Source: Candidatus Woesebacteria bacterium (GTDB lineage: Bacteria; Patescibacteriota; Microgenomatia; UBA8517). Taken from it: a stretch of 64,000 nt of DNA. The position numbers and the translations under genes are program-made. Below the pieces are notes generated by a model. That model worked only from the letters and a program-made list of their open reading frames with translations, did no database searches and had not been told where the DNA came from. The DNA lies in the NCBI GenBank assembly GCA_016432365.1, contig CP066686.1:1002918-1066917 (forward strand), read 5' to 3'. How positions within the stretch are numbered: the first letter of the stretch is position 1; every line of letters starts with the position of its first letter. This document shows positions 28,271-37,672 of the stretch, piece by piece.

Positions 28271-28320
28271 CGCTTGCCAAACAAAATGTCAAAACTTACA
28301 TTTTGTTTTAATATGACTAT

Positions 28321-29277
28321 ATGAATATCTCGTACAACATTTCTGATAACCTCAAAACCAATCTATCGAGAATTGAAAAACTCCGAATCGACATTCTGAC
28401 TTACCCACTATCACCTAAAAACGAATTGAGGCTTAGATGGGATAGTCAGCTGGAAAAAATTATATGGTCCCTGTCCCTCACCGACAGCAGTTTAAGTAAA
28501 TCAGATGTTGTTAAACTTCTTTCATCAACCGTCTCAAAGAAAAAAATAAACAGTTATGAAAAAGATGTAATAAATCAAAAAAATGCCTTTAACTATATAA
28601 AAGAAAATTGGACCGTTACAAAAGCACCCGTTGATCTAAATGTTGTCAAAAAACTTTACGACATCTCATGTAAAAGCACTTTGGGGCCTATGAGCGGGCT
28701 TACTGAGTATTCCGAGAAGAGACTGAAAGCATTATTCGACTATCTTGGGAGAGAACAGGATCACCCTGTAATACAAGCAGGCATTGTTCAACCTGAAGTT
28801 ATTGCTATCACACCGTTTGATAACGGAAACGGTAGAATTGCCCGACTTTTAAGTTACTTATATTTATACCGTGGAGGCTTCGACATTCGGGGAATGTTTA
28901 ACTTGGAAGAATATTACAAAAGAGATGTGGTCACATACAAAAGAATGCTCGAGATGAGCAAAATCCAGGGAAACCTGACAGTTTGGCTTGAATATTTTTC
29001 CTATGGAATGGGAATCGGTCTTGAAAAAAGGTTAGATATTATCAAAAATCTAAAGTTCAAAGAGGAGCTTCCAGCCTCATTTTGGAAATTAAACCCGCGC
29101 CAACAGCAGATATTGGAAACGCTTGAGTTTCCTGAAAGGAAAATTACCAATAAAGATGTACAGAAAATGCATGGCGTTTCCCAAATTACCGCCTCACGCG
29201 ATTTGAGCCGCCTCGTTTCGCTTGGACTGCTTCTAACCAACGGCAAAGGACGGAGTGTTTACTATACAAGAGTTTAA
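28321..29277 (+). CDS. Fic/Doc-family protein with degenerate active-site motif and C-terminal winged HTH
   Basis: ITPFDNGNGRIARLL aligns to HPFx(D/E)GNGRxxR with His replaced by Thr and D/E replaced by Asn. C-terminal ...MHGVSQITASRDLSRLVSLGLL is wHTH-like. Confidence 0.6.
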   Translation: MNISYNISDNLKTNLSRIEKLRIDILTYPLSPKNELRLRWDSQLEKIIWSLSLTDSSLSKSDVVKLLSSTVSKKKINSYEKDVINQKNAFNYIKENWTVTKAPVDLNVVKKLYDISCKSTLGPMSGLTEYSEKRLKALFDYLGREQDHPVIQAGIVQPEVIAITPFDNGNGRIARLLSYLYLYRGGFDIRGMFNLEEYYKRDVVTYKRMLEMSKIQGNLTVWLEYFSYGMGIGLEKRLDIIKNLKFKEELPASFWKLNPRQQQILETLEFPERKITNKDVQKMHGVSQITASRDLSRLVSLGLLLTNGKGRSVYYTRV

Positions 29278-29329
29278 ATAATTATCCCCACGGTTTTGAT
29301 ATAATTCATTTGAGGGCCGTTGGAACAAT

Positions 29330-29401
29330 GGGCTGTTAGCTTATCTGGTAGAGCACCGCATTCGCATTGCGGAGAGAGCAGTTCGACTCTGCTACAGTCC
29401 A
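29330..29401 (+). tRNA. tRNA-Ala (anticodon CGC)
   Basis: Acceptor GGGCTGT/ACAGTCC with G3:U70. Anticodon stem CCGCA/TGCGG with loop TTCGCAT. T-arm AGCAG-TTCGACT-CTGCT. Discriminator A. CCA not encoded. Confidence 0.75.
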
Positions 29402-29536
29402 CTAGGTTCGATAGCGCTCCTCGCGACTCGAAAATTCTGTAAGAATTGAGACCAAGCGAGGCAAGATATATGAATCAACGATTCATATTCCGCCCGAGTC
29501 CACCCCAAACACACCCATTGACAAGGTTGCACCCTG

Positions 29537-31636
29537 TCACTCTGATATTGCACTTAGACCACCCCAATTGGTAACCACCCACAAGTTCTTGCCGACAAGA
29601 AAGTCGGCTACGTCTTTACTGAGAAGCCCATCAGACGGTCCATAGAGCTTGTAGGAACCGGTTTGCGGATCGTAGCTGATTAACCCCCTGTTGGATGTAA
29701 TCCAAAGTTTGGAGTGAGCAAATATTAGTTTTCCGAATACCGGATCGCTCACCGAGTCAAAAGGTGAATAATTAGCTTCTAAAACCGGTGGTGTCAGGGT
29801 CTTGGTATTTCCACTTGCTATGTCGGTTTCCACAATCTTATTTTCAACATTTTTCCAACCTAGATTTCCGTTTGTGACAACGCCCGTACAACCGTCATCT
29901 CCGAATTTGTTGCCGTTTGTTTTGTAAGTATAGACGCGGTTACAAAAAGATACTCCGTTGGTAACAAATTTGTCGGCTCCTGTGGGAATGTCAGTAGCAA
30001 GACTCCACCCGCTCGTGTTTATGTCATAAACAATATATTTGTCAGTTCCATTGTCTGTATAGCTAAACCCGATTTTGCCGTTTTTAAAATCGCGCCAGGA
30101 TGGAGATAGCGAATTATAAAAAACTCCTCCCCCAAACCCTTTACTTGTAATTGATGAAACAACCGGAGGAGGTAAAGAAAGTTCTTTTACAGTTCCGTCG
30201 GCGTAATTATAGATATATGAAAAAGGCTTCTCACATCCTTGTCCACAAACCTGACGGAAGATAAATACGTCAGTGGTACCTGGAATCGGTTGAAATAACG
30301 GCATACTAAAATTGCCATTAAAACCGCTTAAATTATATAAAATGGATATAAATTTACCTTGTTCTAAAGAATACTTGTAAATACCTGCGTTTGTATCCAA
30401 AACCGGCTCTTCGTCAATTAGTGCAAGAACTTGTCCAAAGGCCTCCGGCCTGTCTTTTAACTGATAGCTTGAAATCTGTTTTGATGTTAGATCCAAGACG
30501 TTTATAAATTTATCCGCCTTGTTGAAAACACTAAACCATAAAATATTTCCTGTAGATTTATATAAAATATTGGGATTTTCTTTTCCAAAATCGAAAAGGG
30601 TCTCCGTCGTCTCTGTGTCCGGATTAAACTTATAAATTTTACTACCGGAATAAACAAGAATGCCATCCGAGACGGTGTTTTTGAGAAGTCTGACAACACT
30701 AAAATCCGTCGTCAAATCTTTTATAATAAAACTGCGGGGAGGTTCGATCTTTCTCCAGGACGCATCAGCATTCTCATCTATTACAAATAACTCTTTATCG
30801 TCAGAAACAAATACCTGATTACCAAATGCCGAGATTGAATTAAAGTCCGTTCTTGCATATTGATCTGTCCTTCCAAAATCACCCGGCTTAAACGCTTTGA
30901 AAGTTCCACCAAATTTATCGAATCTGATTACTGCCCCGCTACTATAGACACTGGCTACTTCCAAAAAATACACATATTTATCGGTAACCAACATGTTAAC
31001 CACATTCCTTTTTTCGGCTTCAGCGTCAAGTTCTGAAGTGTAATTAGTAAGAGTACCTTTATTCGGATCAAGCAAGCTCACTCCGTCAAAAGTGGCAACC
31101 CAGATTTTATCGCCGTCCGCCGCCAATTCGATATTGGCCCCGTTGACCAGACCTTCCTTAACACCTATTTTTTTTGCCTCCCGGGTTTTAAGATTAAAGA
31201 CACTCACCCCGTCCTGTGTGCCGATATATAAAATGTCCCCTCTTTTGATTATGGAATTGGCTGTCGCATCCCCCATTCCTTCGGCTACACTTATCTGGTC
31301 GCGCACTTCACCTGTCTTTTTATCAAGCACTAATACACCTCCAAGACAACCGACATAAAGCAAGTCTCCTTCTTCAATAACTTGTCTCTTATCTTCGCAG
31401 TTAATCCAATATTTGGGCGTTTTAAAATTAGCTTGACCCGAAGAAGGAACACCGCCAACTGTCTTTATTCCCTTTTTAAAAATCAAAAAATAATAACCTG
31501 CTATCGAAGCTACGATTATAAAAAATATCAATACTATTCCCCAAATAATTTTACTTTTGGAAGGTGGAGGGGTAACGGGCACTTGAACAGGTAGAGTTTC
31601 TTGTAGACCGGGATCAACTATCGGAGCTTGCTCCAT
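29537..31636 (-). CDS. Membrane-anchored beta-propeller repeat protein
   Basis: N-terminal TM. Repeated GD(L/I)LY(V/I)G..GV.V(F/L) blades resemble two-component-regulator-propeller or PQQ-like repeats. Confidence 0.45.
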   Translation of the reverse strand: MEQAPIVDPGLQETLPVQVPVTPPPSKSKIIWGIVLIFFIIVASIAGYYFLIFKKGIKTVGGVPSSGQANFKTPKYWINCEDKRQVIEEGDLLYVGCLGGVLVLDKKTGEVRDQISVAEGMGDATANSIIKRGDILYIGTQDGVSVFNLKTREAKKIGVKEGLVNGANIELAADGDKIWVATFDGVSLLDPNKGTLTNYTSELDAEAEKRNVVNMLVTDKYVYFLEVASVYSSGAVIRFDKFGGTFKAFKPGDFGRTDQYARTDFNSISAFGNQVFVSDDKELFVIDENADASWRKIEPPRSFIIKDLTTDFSVVRLLKNTVSDGILVYSGSKIYKFNPDTETTETLFDFGKENPNILYKSTGNILWFSVFNKADKFINVLDLTSKQISSYQLKDRPEAFGQVLALIDEEPVLDTNAGIYKYSLEQGKFISILYNLSGFNGNFSMPLFQPIPGTTDVFIFRQVCGQGCEKPFSYIYNYADGTVKELSLPPPVVSSITSKGFGGGVFYNSLSPSWRDFKNGKIGFSYTDNGTDKYIVYDINTSGWSLATDIPTGADKFVTNGVSFCNRVYTYKTNGNKFGDDGCTGVVTNGNLGWKNVENKIVETDIASGNTKTLTPPVLEANYSPFDSVSDPVFGKLIFAHSKLWITSNRGLISYDPQTGSYKLYGPSDGLLSKDVADFLVGKNLWVVTNWGGLSAISE

Positions 31637-31682
31637 GATAGCTTAAGTATATATTTAAGCGAAGACAGATACAAGGATTCTA

Positions 31683-32795
31683 CTAACGCAAGTAGTTAAG
31701 GGGATTAACTCGTGTACCATTTAGATAAATTTCAAAATGGGTATGTGGGCCGGTTGAATGCCCGGTAGATCCCATCTTCCCAATTGTGTCTCCTCTTTTA
31801 ACATTCTGCCCACTTATAACCATTATTTGACTCAAGTGTGCGTAGCGGGTCTTAAATCCGTTTCCGTGATCAATCAATACCATGTTTCCATATCCTGTGG
31901 AATCCCATCCTGCATAAACAACATGTCCGGCATCAGCCGCGATATTCAACGGAAGTGCATTGTTGGCAATATCAATCCCAGGGTGGTACCAAGAATGCCT
32001 CTGTGTAATGACTCCCTGCGTTGGCCAGACAAATTGTCCTGAAGCAACAACCGTACCGGCATCGGGTGTAACTTGTCTCGGACGAGGGGTAGAAGCGGTC
32101 GCCACCGGCATTACTCCATCCGGGACAATCACTGTTTGCCCAATAGCCAATTCAAAAGTTTCATCGTTGGAAAAAGAATTAAAAGGAAAGTCGACCACCG
32201 CCTGAGATTCTGAATCATACCGCTTGGCTATCGAGTAAACTGTATCCCCTTTCACAACTTTATGGGCAATACCTGTTACCGGAAGAATTTGAAGGGTCTG
32301 ACCAACTTTTATTTTGTCCTTTGTCAGATTATTTTGCCATCTAATTGTATCTACCGAGACCCCAAACTTCTGAGCAACCGAAGCAACTGTATCCCCGCTC
32401 TGAACTTGATAATCAATAATACTATCCCTTACTTTACTAGATATCTGTGTATCAAGTCCGGGATCGTCGGTTGAGGCGGATAAAACCGCAGGGGCCGCAG
32501 AAACTGCCCAAGGGTTAACACTTCTACCCGGGAACTCTTGGGCAATCATTGGTGCCATCATAACCCCAACAGCAGCGAGAATCGCCATACCGGTGTGGGT
32601 TAACTGGCGCGAACGTTTACCCCGCTCCTTATAAAGTGAGGTTACGAAAAATCCTTTTTTCTCTTCAAATTTAAGAAAACTTATATGAAGTGATCTAAAT
32701 ATAAACTTTGTAAGTTCAAAAAAGAAGAGTTTGATATCTTCCCACAGAGCCAGTAATGTTTCAAAAGTTTCATCCATAAAAAAATCAAAATGCAA
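31683..32795 (-). CDS. Peptidase M23 (LytM-type) with two LysM domains
   Basis: YQVQSGDTVASVAQKFGVSVDTIRWQNNL and HKVVKGDTVYSIAKRY are LysM. HPGIDIA and GSTGHSTGPHTHFEI are M23 HxxxD/HxH motifs. Annotated 5' end overlaps an AT-rich repeat, so the true start is probably an internal Met (MAILAAVGVMM). Confidence 0.75.
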   Translation of the reverse strand: MHFDFFMDETFETLLALWEDIKLFFFELTKFIFRSLHISFLKFEEKKGFFVTSLYKERGKRSRQLTHTGMAILAAVGVMMAPMIAQEFPGRSVNPWAVSAAPAVLSASTDDPGLDTQISSKVRDSIIDYQVQSGDTVASVAQKFGVSVDTIRWQNNLTKDKIKVGQTLQILPVTGIAHKVVKGDTVYSIAKRYDSESQAVVDFPFNSFSNDETFELAIGQTVIVPDGVMPVATASTPRPRQVTPDAGTVVASGQFVWPTQGVITQRHSWYHPGIDIANNALPLNIAADAGHVVYAGWDSTGYGNMVLIDHGNGFKTRYAHLSQIMVISGQNVKRGDTIGKMGSTGHSTGPHTHFEIYLNGTRVNPLNYLR

Positions 32796-32893
32796 AAATC
32801 AAAATGCAAAAGTTCAATTCAAAATTAAAAATTAGAAAACTTTTTATTTTTAACCTGTATTTTTGACTTCTAAATTTTGACTTTTGAATTCCC
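32781..32893. repeat. AT-rich AAATCAAAA...CTTTTGAATTCC element (intergenic copy)
   Basis: Shares start motif AAATCAAAA(T/G), internal GTTTTTATTTTTA and end CTTTTGAATTCC with the insertion inside 23S at 56346..56452. Confidence 0.4.
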
Positions 32894-33010
32894 ATCATAT
32901 CCCATGAAACATTTTGAAGCAAACTTTGGGGATGGGGAAAAAATAAACTCAAAATTTAATTGTTCACTCTTCCCAACCTTGTTAAGAAATGCTATCCTGA
33001 CTGCGCAAAT

Positions 33011-33235
33011 ATGAAATTTGGTGAAAGATTGGCAGCCACTCGAAAAGCGAATAGATTAACTACCCAAACTGTTGCAAAAACTAGCGGGGCGTCGAGGAGC
33101 TATATTACTTTAATAGAGACTGGGAGACGAATGCCGGGAAGAAAATTAATTCCCAAAATTGCAAAATCCCTTGGACTCAAGAGCGAGACAATTATTGACT
33201 GGTACCTCGAAGATATTAGAGAAAAACTTTTATAA
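33011..33235 (+). CDS. XRE-family helix-turn-helix transcriptional regulator
   Basis: MKFGERLAATRKANRLTTQTVAKTSGASRSYITLIETGRRMPGRKL is a classic HTH_3. Internal start chosen within ORF 32960..33235. Confidence 0.6.
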   Translation: MKFGERLAATRKANRLTTQTVAKTSGASRSYITLIETGRRMPGRKLIPKIAKSLGLKSETIIDWYLEDIREKLL

Positions 33236-33448
33236 CCCCCCTCAAAAAAACCAATATCGTAGCTCTTACAAATAGGGTTATTTTAAAACTTACAAATAAA
33301 GCTTGCCCAAAAAAGACATTGCAGTCGTGATATTAAAACACAAAGGGGCAACTTTTTTCTTCTCACCTCCTAAAGTGATAAATGATACTCACCTGATCCA
33401 CTGATTGTTGACAAAAAAAACAGGTGATATATTCTTAAAATCATAACT

Positions 33449-34399
33449 ATGCCTGAAACTGACGGGTCAGAAATAAAAATCTACGCATCTTTATCAGAAA
33501 ATAAAATTCCGGGAAGAGAAGGTAGGCTGCTTCCAGCCGGAGAAAGAGTGAAATTTAGCCCGGATGACTACAAAAATAAAATAAATGTCCATGCCGGGTT
33601 TCCCCCATTTCTTGAAAGAAATATGAAAGCATTGGTAGAAATTACAGACAAAGAAGGTCAACGCCTACCGGAGGCAGCCCACTTGGATTTGGTCGTTACC
33701 CCACTAGAGACCGGAAACGAGAATGCTTTTGTCGTAAAAAACCCACACCCCCAAAAAGAGATGACACTCTGGATCTACGGAAAAGAGAAAAAATTGAGAC
33801 CCGGTGAAGAGGTGGCAGTGCCCGCCCAAAAGCCTGAAGAGTACAAAAATTTGCCGGGAGTTGAAGACGGCGCATTTTATGCCATGGCCGGAGATAATCA
33901 GGCAATCAAGTTCTCCAGAAAACCACTTTCTAACGAGGTGCAACTCAAAAATTTTACGTTTAGTAAACGTGAGTCCGGCCATGAAGATTATCTAAAACCC
34001 AACATCGAAGATCACAAGCAGGACGACGACAATCAAGAGCTCCAATTTGACTTAAGACTCGGGCAACGCGTTGGCGGAGGTGTGTGGGAAACTGCAGATT
34101 TTGGTACGGCCGAATCTTGTGAGGTAAAATTAGATGGAGAAGGAATCCTTCCGCGACATGTACAAATTAAAATCGATTCTTCAATCCCGAACAGAAATGA
34201 GGCAGAGATAACACTATCTGTCGCCGAAGGCGCAAAAGTGTGGTACAAAAGCGAGTCGGAGAAAGCCGGAAGGTATGTTCAAGGAAAAGTAATCTTACAA
34301 CCCAACTCTTTCTTCAGAATCGGTGAGCATCTTTTCTACTATGTCGGCAGAAAAAAGGAAGGTGGTCTAAAAATTATCGAGGTCAAGAAAATGGGCTAA
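33449..34399 (+). CDS. Hypothetical protein with degenerate FHA-like C-terminal domain
   Basis: LRLGQRVGGG...CEVKLDGEGILPRHVQIKID...FFRIGEHLFYYVG follows FHA topology but lacks canonical SR..H and S.NGT residues. Confidence 0.35.
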   Translation: MPETDGSEIKIYASLSENKIPGREGRLLPAGERVKFSPDDYKNKINVHAGFPPFLERNMKALVEITDKEGQRLPEAAHLDLVVTPLETGNENAFVVKNPHPQKEMTLWIYGKEKKLRPGEEVAVPAQKPEEYKNLPGVEDGAFYAMAGDNQAIKFSRKPLSNEVQLKNFTFSKRESGHEDYLKPNIEDHKQDDDNQELQFDLRLGQRVGGGVWETADFGTAESCEVKLDGEGILPRHVQIKIDSSIPNRNEAEITLSVAEGAKVWYKSESEKAGRYVQGKVILQPNSFFRIGEHLFYYVGRKKEGGLKIIEVKKMG

Positions 34400-34408
34400 C
34401 TTCAATAT

Positions 34409-34921
34409 ATGGAACCCGTATTCAGCGAACCAACCGAACAAACTTCCCCCGTCCTTATCTCTCAGGTAGAACTTAAAAACCAGCAAAAAGCAAATCTCTG
34501 TATTGCCAAAAATCTGAGCATGTCTACACCCGAAACACGCAAACAACTGGCAAAGGGCATGGCTAAAGTAAACCCGGACTCGCAGCCAAAGAAAATAGTA
34601 GAACAAATGGCAAACGGCTCATATGATTTGTATTACATAGAACAAGAAGGAAAAATGATCGGCTACGCAACTATTTTTCCCGAAAAAGATACACTAACCA
34701 AAAGGTGCTATTTGAACAAAATCTACACAAGAGAAGACAAAACACAAAACGGCGTCGCAACTAAAATAATCGAACAGGTGATGAATGATTTTGATGAAAT
34801 TTCGTTAATTGATACCATTGACGAGGGTCAGGAATCCAAAGCCGGAATGGTAAATACATATAGCAGATTGGGATTTGTAACAGAGGATGGTGTTGGTTAC
34901 GTGTGGAAAAAGCCAGTGTAA
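34409..34921 (+). CDS. GNAT-family acetyltransferase-like protein
   Basis: Size and motif-A-like QNGVATKIIEQV. Weak. Confidence 0.35.
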   Translation: MEPVFSEPTEQTSPVLISQVELKNQQKANLCIAKNLSMSTPETRKQLAKGMAKVNPDSQPKKIVEQMANGSYDLYYIEQEGKMIGYATIFPEKDTLTKRCYLNKIYTREDKTQNGVATKIIEQVMNDFDEISLIDTIDEGQESKAGMVNTYSRLGFVTEDGVGYVWKKPV

Positions 34922-34924
34922 ATC

Positions 34925-36217
34925 TTAGGCTGTCTTGAGTGAATCTAAAAACTCATCGTTATTCTCCGACTTCTCCAACCGATTAATTAATGTTTCGGTG
35001 CGTTCGTCATCATTCATTAAATCAATCATTCTTCGAAGTGTATTCACTTTCTTGAGCTTTGCCATTCCAAAAAGAAGTTCATCTTGGCGGGTGCCGGATT
35101 TTGCAACATCAATTGCCGGAAAAACTCTGCGTTCTGCAAGTTTACGAGTTAGGTGGAGTTCCATGTTCCCCGTACCTTTAAATTCTTCATAAATAAGATC
35201 GTCCATGCGGCTCCCTGTGTCGACTAAACATGTTCCGATGATTGTAAGTGAACCACCATTTTCAATTTTACGAGCGGCTCCAAAGAATTTTTTAGCAGGG
35301 AAAAGTGCCATCGGGTCAAAACCTCCGGAAAGGGTTCTTCCACTAGTCGGCAATGCCAAATTGTAAGCTCTGGCCATACGTGTAATCGAGTCAAGCACTA
35401 TAACTACGTCGCGACCCCCCTCAACAAGTCTGCGGGCCCTCTCAAGAGCAAGCTCACCCACTCTAGTTTGATCTTGGGGTGCTTCGTCAAAATTACTTGC
35501 GGCAACTTCTCCGGTTTTATCTGTAACCATATCCATGGTACGGATAATATCTGTTACTTCTTCCGGGCGCTCACCAATAAGAACTGCCATCAAGTGAGCT
35601 TTTTTATAATTTGTAGCAATACCTTTAATGATATCTTTTACGAGCCAAGTTTTACCTGCCTTTGGAGGAGAAACAATTAGTGCTCTTTGTCCAAAACCTA
35701 TGGGTGCGACTAAATCTATCATTCTGGTAGTTAATGTATCTTTGTCGGTCGAAAGTTTAATCTGTTCTTCTGGGTAAATTACCGTCAGGTCGTCAAAATT
35801 TGGTCTTTCCCCAAGTTTTTCTACAGGCTCGCCATTTACTTTTTCGACTTTAAGAAGACCCCAGTATCTTTCGTTTTCTTTGGGACGCCTGGCCAAACCC
35901 CCAACCATGTCCCCAACTCTCAAATTAAATCTGCGGATTTGACTGGAAGAAATGTAAATATCGTGATCACTTGGGGCGAATCTGACCGGCCTAAGAAGCC
36001 CGCTTCCCTCGTTGGCAATGTCGAGTACTCCCTCAATGTAGTCTGTAGGCAAACCGGCGTCGGGAATCATGCGGTCGTCAACCACCAAAGGATTAGCCGC
36101 AACGGGTTCTATAGCGACTGGGGCCGGTGATAACTCACCTGCGGGCTCGGGAGCTCCGATTAGATCGGCCACGTCCGAAGCGTTTTTTTCTGATTTAACT
36201 ACTGCTTTTTTTGGCAT
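34925..36217 (-). CDS. rho: Transcription termination factor Rho
   Basis: [17 protein letters not shown] Walker A in Rho context. RNA-binding N-domain, and conserved C-terminal RecA-like core ending ...LNRLEKS-like. Confidence 0.85.
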   Translation of the reverse strand: MPKKAVVKSEKNASDVADLIGAPEPAGELSPAPVAIEPVAANPLVVDDRMIPDAGLPTDYIEGVLDIANEGSGLLRPVRFAPSDHDIYISSSQIRRFNLRVGDMVGGLARRPKENERYWGLLKVEKVNGEPVEKLGERPNFDDLTVIYPEEQIKLSTDKDTLTTRMIDLVAPIGFGQRALIVSPPKAGKTWLVKDIIKGIATNYKKAHLMAVLIGERPEEVTDIIRTMDMVTDKTGEVAASNFDEAPQDQTRVGELALERARRLVEGGRDVVIVLDSITRMARAYNLALPTSGRTLSGGFDPMALFPAKKFFGAARKIENGGSLTIIGTCLVDTGSRMDDLIYEEFKGTGNMELHLTRKLAERRVFPAIDVAKSGTRQDELLFGMAKLKKVNTLRRMIDLMNDDERTETLINRLEKSENNDEFLDSLKTA

Positions 36218-36621
36218 CGAATAAGAATAAATTGATGAAATCGGGCAAAACTCGAAGATTCATTTACTAGTATAGCCTATTTTGGGAGTGTGTCAAGCCC
36301 ACTAACCGGATACAACAGAGGGTTTGGGTAGATAACCGGAGGAAAGTGCACCGTACGGAAGAGAAATTTTAGCTTTTGAAAGCTTTGTTTTCTCAACCGT
36401 ACGGGTCGAACAAGTGAATAATTGCTTAGGGTTTTTTTGGATCATTTTTCGCTCATTTTGAATGAGACAGGTAAACCCTGTAAACCTTATCTTTATTGTT
36501 CCTCTACTGTTGCAGTGACATACCGAAAAAAATCGATATGGAGGGTCTCGAAGCTTTAGGCTTCTCTCCCTTTAATGGTGTTTTGCTGTAGAAGAGACAG
36601 GAGGCTAAAAGATAATAGCCT
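36218..36621 (-). promoter_or_regulatory. About 400-nt ORF-free rho leader region (candidate autoregulatory 5' UTR or structured RNA)
   Basis: No credible ORF. Lies immediately 5' of rho on the minus strand. Long rho leaders with attenuation are established in other bacteria. Confidence 0.3.
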
Positions 36622-37188
36622 CTAACTGATTATTCCCTCCATGAAAGCTTTGCCGACAGCGGCTGCTCCCATGTTATCACGGTGCTCTTTGGCGAATGTG
36701 TAGAACTTCATCCAAAAGAGTTTACCGGGCAATTCGGGAAGATTGCCGTTTCCGGTGAGGACAGAGATGTTCATCTGAATTCCGTCACCGCCAACGATTC
36801 TGGCTGTGTTGCTGTCGCCTCGTCCAAGGTCAAACGTTTCAACCTTGACGCCGGGGTCAAGCGGAAGCTCGGACGGGTTGCTCCAAGACTTGCGGGCAAC
36901 TTCGACTCGGACTCCTGCGTGACGCTCGTTGCGGCTAACTGCAATGTACCAACCACCTTTGTACTTGACCACAAGCGGATTGACGAGACCAATGGTACCG
37001 TCAGCTTTTGCAATCTCGTGGACAAGTGGTTGCCAGGCAGGAAGCGATTCGTGACGTTTCTCACCGGGCTCGATCGAATAGAGATCCTGGACACCGGTCT
37101 CAGGATTGGTATGGTAGAGCTTGAAATATCCGGTTTCCGGATTGACTTCAAGAATCCACCGACCTGGTAGTGCGATTGTACTCAACAT
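36622..37188 (-). CDS. Hypothetical protein in a high-GC island
   Basis: 188-aa ORF. Overlapping plus-strand ORFs judged to be shadows. GC clearly above window average. Confidence 0.4.
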   Translation of the reverse strand: MLSTIALPGRWILEVNPETGYFKLYHTNPETGVQDLYSIEPGEKRHESLPAWQPLVHEIAKADGTIGLVNPLVVKYKGGWYIAVSRNERHAGVRVEVARKSWSNPSELPLDPGVKVETFDLGRGDSNTARIVGGDGIQMNISVLTGNGNLPELPGKLFWMKFYTFAKEHRDNMGAAAVGKAFMEGIIS

Positions 37189-37327
37189 TGGAATTTCTCC
37201 TGTAAATGAGCGCGAATTGATCCGGCGTCATTATACCAGATTGAGGCCAGAAATCAAGCTATGGGTTATTGATTAGAAACACCACGGGGCCGTTTTTAAT
37301 GAAAAAATTTCGGAGTATACTATACCC

Positions 37328-37672
37328 ATGGCAATTGAGCCGGAAAAACAAGAAGAAATCGAATCCCACCCACTCTACCCCATATTGAACGGAGTCCATG
37401 CTATGCGTGCAGAGGCCGAGCAATCAGGCGATACAGACCGAGCAGACACTCTTGACCAACGAATCTCTATGCTTACAGAAAAAATTGCCAGCGATTTAGA
37501 CATCCCCAACCCAATACGGGACAATCCGCAGTTGCAAGAATTGGAGTCTTTGTGGGACGACCTCCGGGAAGCGAGGCGTTCAGGACGAAGTGAAGAAGAA
37601 GAAACTATCTGGACAGAAATTGCCGCACTTAGCGAAAAAATTGATGCGAAAAAGGTGTTCTCAAACAATTAA
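37328..37672 (+). CDS. Small acidic hypothetical protein
   Basis: 114 aa, D/E-rich, helical. Confidence 0.35.
   Translation: MAIEPEKQEEIESHPLYPILNGVHAMRAEAEQSGDTDRADTLDQRISMLTEKIASDLDIPNPIRDNPQLQELESLWDDLREARRSGRSEEEETIWTEIAALSEKIDAKKVFSNN

Noticed and set aside
36218-36621. RNase P RNA call
   Set aside because: Two motif resemblances only. A P4 helix could not be built. Left as a finding, not a feature.
36682-37170. 162-aa plus-strand ORF and 126-aa minus ORF overlapping 36622..37188
   Set aside because: High-GC region generates long ORFs in several frames. The longest frame, with a start near an intergenic gap, is retained.
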